Shown here one piece after another: positions 16,143 to 20,000 of a stretch of 20,000 bases of DNA (positions are counted from its first letter, which is position 1; the number at the start of each line of letters is the position of its first letter). The notes under the pieces are model-generated. The model was not told where the DNA came from, did no database searches, and saw only the letters and a program-made list of their open reading frames with translations. The stretch covers positions 57,828-77,827 of the IMG/VR virus record IMGVR_UViG_3300018050_001813. One strand, written 5' to 3'. The stretch is from an uncultured virus (IMG/VR IMGVR_UViG_3300018050_001813). Its lineage: Duplodnaviria; Heunggongvirae; Uroviricota; Caudoviricetes. Both the position numbers and the translations under genes were made by a program.

Positions 16143-16710
16143 GCTGCAAGTCTTAGGACTCGCAGCTATTTTTTAGAATGTGAAACCATTGGCGCCAGTG
16201 GTCCACCCGCTGATATGTGAGCGAGTGGAGCCACCGGGAGGCGCCATGCGAATAGCCCAGTTGATAATGCGTACATTATCTCTAGGGGGACTGGGTGCTC
16301 CCCTTGCATACTGGCTGATCAGGCCGAACAATATGTTCTTTGGACATCCGTATACAAGATAGCCCTCTAGTTATATCTATGCCGATGTAATCCTGAACTA
16401 GAACTGATTACACCTGTATCTTTATATCGCTTTATTGCGAGCAGATTCTCGTCTGCACATAAGTTTTTATATTACGACAAGACCATATCATAATATAATA
16501 TCCCAAAGAGAGTTATCCAGACTCTCAATCCATTTTTCCGATTTAGAATCGGCCAGGACACACACTGGTATGTGTGCGGGTACTCGTTACCTCCCCCGCG
16601 TGAGCAGGGGAACGCACTAAGCCTAAAACGGTTTATACTCGCTTAGTCGAGTTTTTCGCCCACACTTCTAGCAGACCCAAGGTTAGGCCGAAGAACAAGC
16701 TTTTCTTCCA
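16143..16710. ncRNA. candidate ~570-nt hairpin-dense structured RNA
   Basis: No credible ORF; more than a dozen consecutive stem-loops. Confidence 0.45.
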
Positions 16711-16757
16711 ATGTTTGCGTTGAAACGTTCTGATATCACGAAAGTATTCTCTCATGA

Positions 16758-17063
16758 TCAGACCGCCCGCGCAAATGAAGTCTGCTTGGGATGTGTTTCA
16801 CTGAAAGCATTACGACATGCTTCAATAGCATCATCACGATTCCAATAGGTTTCCTTACAAAGGTTACCCATTTCATTCACACACATGTACTTCTTGCATC
16901 CGTTGTATCGGATGATCACAACGTGACCGGCACGCTTTTGTCCAACCATGACCTTCTTTCCGTAAAGACGACGATTTGTGATAGCCGACTTGACGTGATA
17001 TTGAATTGTGTAGGCGCTGAATCCCAAGAGGAACACGGCGCACGTCCAAACAATCTGCATCAT
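16758..17063 (-). CDS. hypothetical protein with an N-terminal TM helix (101 aa)
   Basis: AAGGAG RBS; hydrophobic N-terminus. Confidence 0.75.
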   Translation of the reverse strand: MMQIVWTCAVFLLGFSAYTIQYHVKSAITNRRLYGKKVMVGQKRAGHVVIIRYNGCKKYMCVNEMGNLCKETYWNRDDAIEACRNAFSETHPKQTSFARAV

Positions 17064-17117
17064 TTCTATTTCTCCTTATAGGGCTAGATAGTTTTTACAA
17101 CTTTTTATAACTATAAG

Positions 17118-17149
17118 CCCCCTGACACACCCGAAGGCATGCCAGGGGG
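17118..17149 (-). terminator. GC-rich stem-loop
   Basis: CCCCCTG/CAGGGGG arms around ccgaagg. Confidence 0.45.
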
Positions 17150-17192
17150 ACTTACGGGGAGCTAGGAGCTCTCTCGTTACTCCCACCCGAGA

Positions 17193-17324
17193 GATCAAGC
17201 AGTTTTACGACATGCTTAGGTCGTGTGCAGGGCATCTACGAGTTCTCATACCTGCGTTTGAGAACACCGCCATCTCCCAATGAGATGGATTTATGCAGTT
17301 TAACGACGTGCAGGTCGTTTGATC
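17193..17324. ncRNA. candidate structured RNA with a duplicated ACGAC/GTCGT hairpin module
   Basis: GATCAA/TTGATC closing pair and four internal hairpins; two of them share GCAGTTTWACGAC..TGC..AGGTCGT. Confidence 0.45.
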
Positions 17325-17466
17325 AGCGATCCGTGTGAATGAGTCGCTCTTCGAGGACGCATGCCTCGGCATGCAGACGGAGGGATTCCGCGATGCTGTT
17401 GGCATTTCTTGCTGCCTCGCGAAGTTCCTTGATCTTTGTTTCCATGGTTTCTTGCTGGTCGCTCAT
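17323..17466 (-). CDS. small helical protein (47 aa, MSDQQETMETKIKELREAARNANS...)
   Basis: AAGGAGG RBS; ATGA overlap with the upstream gene. Confidence 0.7.
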   Translation of the reverse strand: MSDQQETMETKIKELREAARNANSIAESLRLHAEACVLEERLIHTDR

Positions 17467-17798
17467 GATTGAGCCTCCTTCTTGTTTTTTGGACATTTTC
17501 CGTCAATCAGAAATCGACGGGATCTGATACAACCGTAGTCATCCATACGGTTTGCGACTTTCTGATAGTGACGCTTGTCACCAATCATGCGAATGTAGGG
17601 TTTACCGGTTATTCCACCGATAATCCTTCCGATACCCCAAGAGATATCTGATAGTTCATCCAAGAGTTCGCTTTTAGAACGAACCTCAAACAACTCCCAA
17701 AGTTCTCCGACTTTCTTTCCATCTACGAGTCGCCGGCTGAACAAATCAGCCAAACCACCACGGGTGGATTTTACTTCCATGCAATTGCACCAGTGCAT
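17463..17798 (-). CDS. MazG-like nucleotide pyrophosphohydrolase-fold protein
   Basis: GELWELFE...ELLDELSDI (ExxE...ExxD); AGGAGG RBS. Confidence 0.55.
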   Translation of the reverse strand: MHWCNCMEVKSTRGGLADLFSRRLVDGKKVGELWELFEVRSKSELLDELSDISWGIGRIIGGITGKPYIRMIGDKRHYQKVANRMDDYGCIRSRRFLIDGKCPKNKKEAQS

Positions 17799-18091
17799 TA
17801 GTCGCCTCCTGACGATTGTGGGTCTACTTGCTTTTTACAACTTTTTGAAGCCTCGCGTGCCTGGTGTGGCTCGCGTGCTTTCTGTGAAAACCCGTGAGCC
17901 TGGAACCCCCTAGCTTTGAGGGTTCCAGACTCACTTGGTCACTGTGATTACGCAGATTGCAGCCTGCGGACAGCAATGACACTGTCTCCTCGTGCGGAAA
18001 CCGCGGCACAAACATTGCTATTCTGTAGCCAATGAAAGCTTGAGGATGCCCGATTTGAGGTGCTAGTTCTTTTTAGAACTTTTTGAGGCTA

Positions 18092-18128
18092 AGCCAGCCG
18101 AGAACCACCAACAGGTTCCCGACTGGCT
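18092..18128 (-). terminator. stem-loop after the SSB-like gene
   Basis: AGCCAG..GAACC / GGTTC..CTGGCT stem. Confidence 0.5.
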
Positions 18129-18138
18129 CGCGTGCCTC

Positions 18139-18516
18139 TCAGAGGTCGCCGAGGTTGCCCTCGTCGTTCTTGCCGACCTCTGTGCCCCAGGTGGGCGTGG
18201 TTGCCATGCGGTAGTAAACCGCGATCTGGGAAACCTCTTCGCCAGCCTTGTTGGTCCAGCGCTCCTCGCGGGGCCCCGAGGTGCCGTCCGCGAAAATGAC
18301 CTCGTTGAAGTCTGCGGAGACCGTGAGGATCTTGTCGGTTCCCTTCAGCTCCGAGAGCTTCTTGGCAACCTTGAGAGCCACGACTTCCGTGGTGCGGATG
18401 GTGACCTTGTCGGCCTCCTCGGTGTGACCCAGAGGAGTGACCAGCAGGTTTCCGAAGGTGCCGAAGGCTCCCTTGGCGGTTCCTGCCCAGTTGACTTGGT
18501 ACTTCTTGGTGTTCAT
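18139..18516 (-). CDS. hypothetical protein, possibly OB-fold SSB-like (125 aa)
   Basis: REERWTNKAGEEVSQ resembles the SSB RxxxWxDKxG loop; acidic tail; AAGGAGG RBS; high-GC3 codons. Confidence 0.6.
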   Translation of the reverse strand: MNTKKYQVNWAGTAKGAFGTFGNLLVTPLGHTEEADKVTIRTTEVVALKVAKKLSELKGTDKILTVSADFNEVIFADGTSGPREERWTNKAGEEVSQIAVYYRMATTPTWGTEVGKNDEGNLGDL

Positions 18517-18716
18517 TGTGCCTCCTTAGGCTTCTTGGGACCCAGGTGTAGTCCTAGTTCAATCCCACAACTTGAATTTAGAATACGGACTACTAATGCC
18601 CGTAAACTAAAGACTAGGGTTCTAGTCCAAAAGATCTAAATTTAATTATAGATCTATAATATAAAAGATGTCCTTTCCCCGAGGAGCAAACCTCCCCGGG
18701 GAATGAACAATCTTCA

Positions 18717-18911
18717 TCAGAACAAGGTAGGTTGACTCTTATGAAGAGCCTTCCTGCTAACTGCCTTGCTCTTGTTCTTCGTGCGAGACGATGCACAGGG
18801 TTTGCACATCGTCACCCACTCGAAAAGGGGAACCCATATCCTTTTCCCTTCTCCCTTGTAAACAAACTCGCCACACTGGTGGCAATGCTCGTTATGATAG
18901 TTATATGCCAT
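18717..18911 (-). CDS. small Zn-finger protein (CHQC...CKPC)
   Basis: Two CxxC motifs; GGGAG RBS. Confidence 0.7.
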   Translation of the reverse strand: MAYNYHNEHCHQCGEFVYKGEGKRIWVPLFEWVTMCKPCASSRTKNKSKAVSRKALHKSQPTLF

Positions 18912-18973
18912 AACTCTCCCTTCTATCCTTTACTTTTGTTTCAAGGACTATGGTATTGAATTAAATTTTGGGG

Positions 18974-19023
18974 GTCTATCCTCAAAGAGAAAACCCCCTT
19001 CCCAGGGGGCCTCCTCCTTGTCC
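18974..19023 (-). repeat. 50-bp intergenic repeat, copy 1 (terminator-like hairpin plus conserved flanks)
   Basis: Near-identical to 19892-19941. Confidence 0.85.
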
Positions 19024-19055
19024 GACGGTTGACCGCTTACCGCCGGAACTGGTTG

Positions 19056-19253
19056 TCAGACTTCCTGATTCGTTGTTGCCGGATCAGGAAGCAGGGTGGC
19101 GATGATCATCTTCAGACAATCGACACAGTCGATGTCTTCGAGATAATCTGCCATGGGCATCAGGTCACACGCAATGCGCGTGTCACATGATGCCTCCTCG
19201 GCAGCCCAGTGTTTCAGGCCGCCTTCCTCATGGATTTGGTAGTTCTTCTTCAT
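19056..19253 (-). CDS. small Cys-containing hypothetical protein (65 aa)
   Basis: The ATG at 19253 follows AAGGAG; contains CVDC. Confidence 0.7.
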   Translation of the reverse strand: MKKNYQIHEEGGLKHWAAEEASCDTRIACDLMPMADYLEDIDCVDCLKMIIATLLPDPATTNQEV

Positions 19254-19602
19254 TTGGGTTCTCCTTTTTTGTGTCCGGCTTAACGTACCGGACTTGGTTA
19301 TCACGTTTCCACGGTATTGGTCTCCTTCAGGCTAGGCGAATATGTGGCCCAGTTACCCTGTTGGAATCCGCTCACGTAGTTTGCGGACGGCAGTACCCGA
19401 ATGCTAGGACCCTACGGTCACCACTAATTAGTGGTAGCAAATCGGCTCGTAGCCGTAAGGATGCGGTCTATCCTCAAAAAACAACTCCTTTCTCCCCACC
19501 CCGGAGCCCGAAGGCCCCGAGGCAGGGATGGTGGTTTGACTCCTTCTGTTCCCAGGCTGGAGATTGGCCCGGCCACCCGTGTCGTGGCTGTTTGACCCCT
19601 GG

Positions 19603-19851
19603 TCAGGCGGACTTCGCCAGCTTGAGGCCGAAGCTCTTAACGAGCTCATTGGCCTCAGCCTTGGCGTTGTCATCCGTCTGAGCCTCCAGGTCGTGCTTCT
19701 TCCAGCTAGAAGAAGCGCTACCCTTCAGGATCAGCCGGTAGCCCTTGCAGCCCAGGCTAATCTCACGATACAACCTGGCTCGCACGAGCCTGCCCGACTC
19801 AGTGTGAACGAGCAAACGCTCCTCGCCCAACTGGGTCCTGGTGATGGACAT
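19603..19851 (-). CDS. hypothetical protein (82 aa)
   Basis: AAAGGAGGTG RBS. Confidence 0.8.
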   Translation of the reverse strand: MSITRTQLGEERLLVHTESGRLVRARLYREISLGCKGYRLILKGSASSSWKKHDLEAQTDDNAKAEANELVKSFGLKLAKSA

Positions 19852-19891
19852 GTTTCACCTCCTTTCTTTGGTGAATGGGATTTGACTGAGT

Positions 19892-19941
19892 GTCTATCCC
19901 CAAAGAGAAAACCCCCTGTGAAGGGGGTCTCCTCCTTGTCC
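19892..19941 (-). repeat. 50-bp intergenic repeat, copy 2
   Basis: GTCTATCCYCAAAGAGAAAACCCCCT-N4-AGGGGGYCTCCTCCTTGTCC. Confidence 0.85.
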
Positions 19942-20000
19942 CGGTCGCCCGTTGATCCGTCTTTGGCCGGTGTGCCTAGGTAAGACGGTGCCCTATGCCT

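Overview
This looks like a bacteriophage (or phage-like element) segment: essentially all genes lie on the minus strand, many are small hypotheticals, and GC rises from left to right. The headline feature is a 20-unit, strictly 37-bp-periodic dual-repeat array (2931-3675) directly downstream of a Nop-domain/IS110-C-terminal-like protein that has no nuclease domain (3750-4676). This is the architecture of a TIGR-Tas (TasA-type) RNA-guided system. It is flanked by an AlkB-like 2OG-Fe(II) dioxygenase and an 855-aa single-subunit two-barrel RNA polymerase (YonO/eukaryotic-RdRP-like) with an atypical catalytic motif order. Also present: a partial SF2 helicase, two tandem lytic-transglycosylase-like paralogs, tRNA-Arg(UCU), a 134-nt tmRNA-like/tRNA-Ala-like RNA lacking an obvious tag region, several hairpin-rich intergenic regions that look like unannotated structured ncRNAs, and small proteins resembling HTH, Zn-finger, FlbD, HicA, MazG and SSB families. 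All family calls come from motif recognition by eye; no database searches were run.
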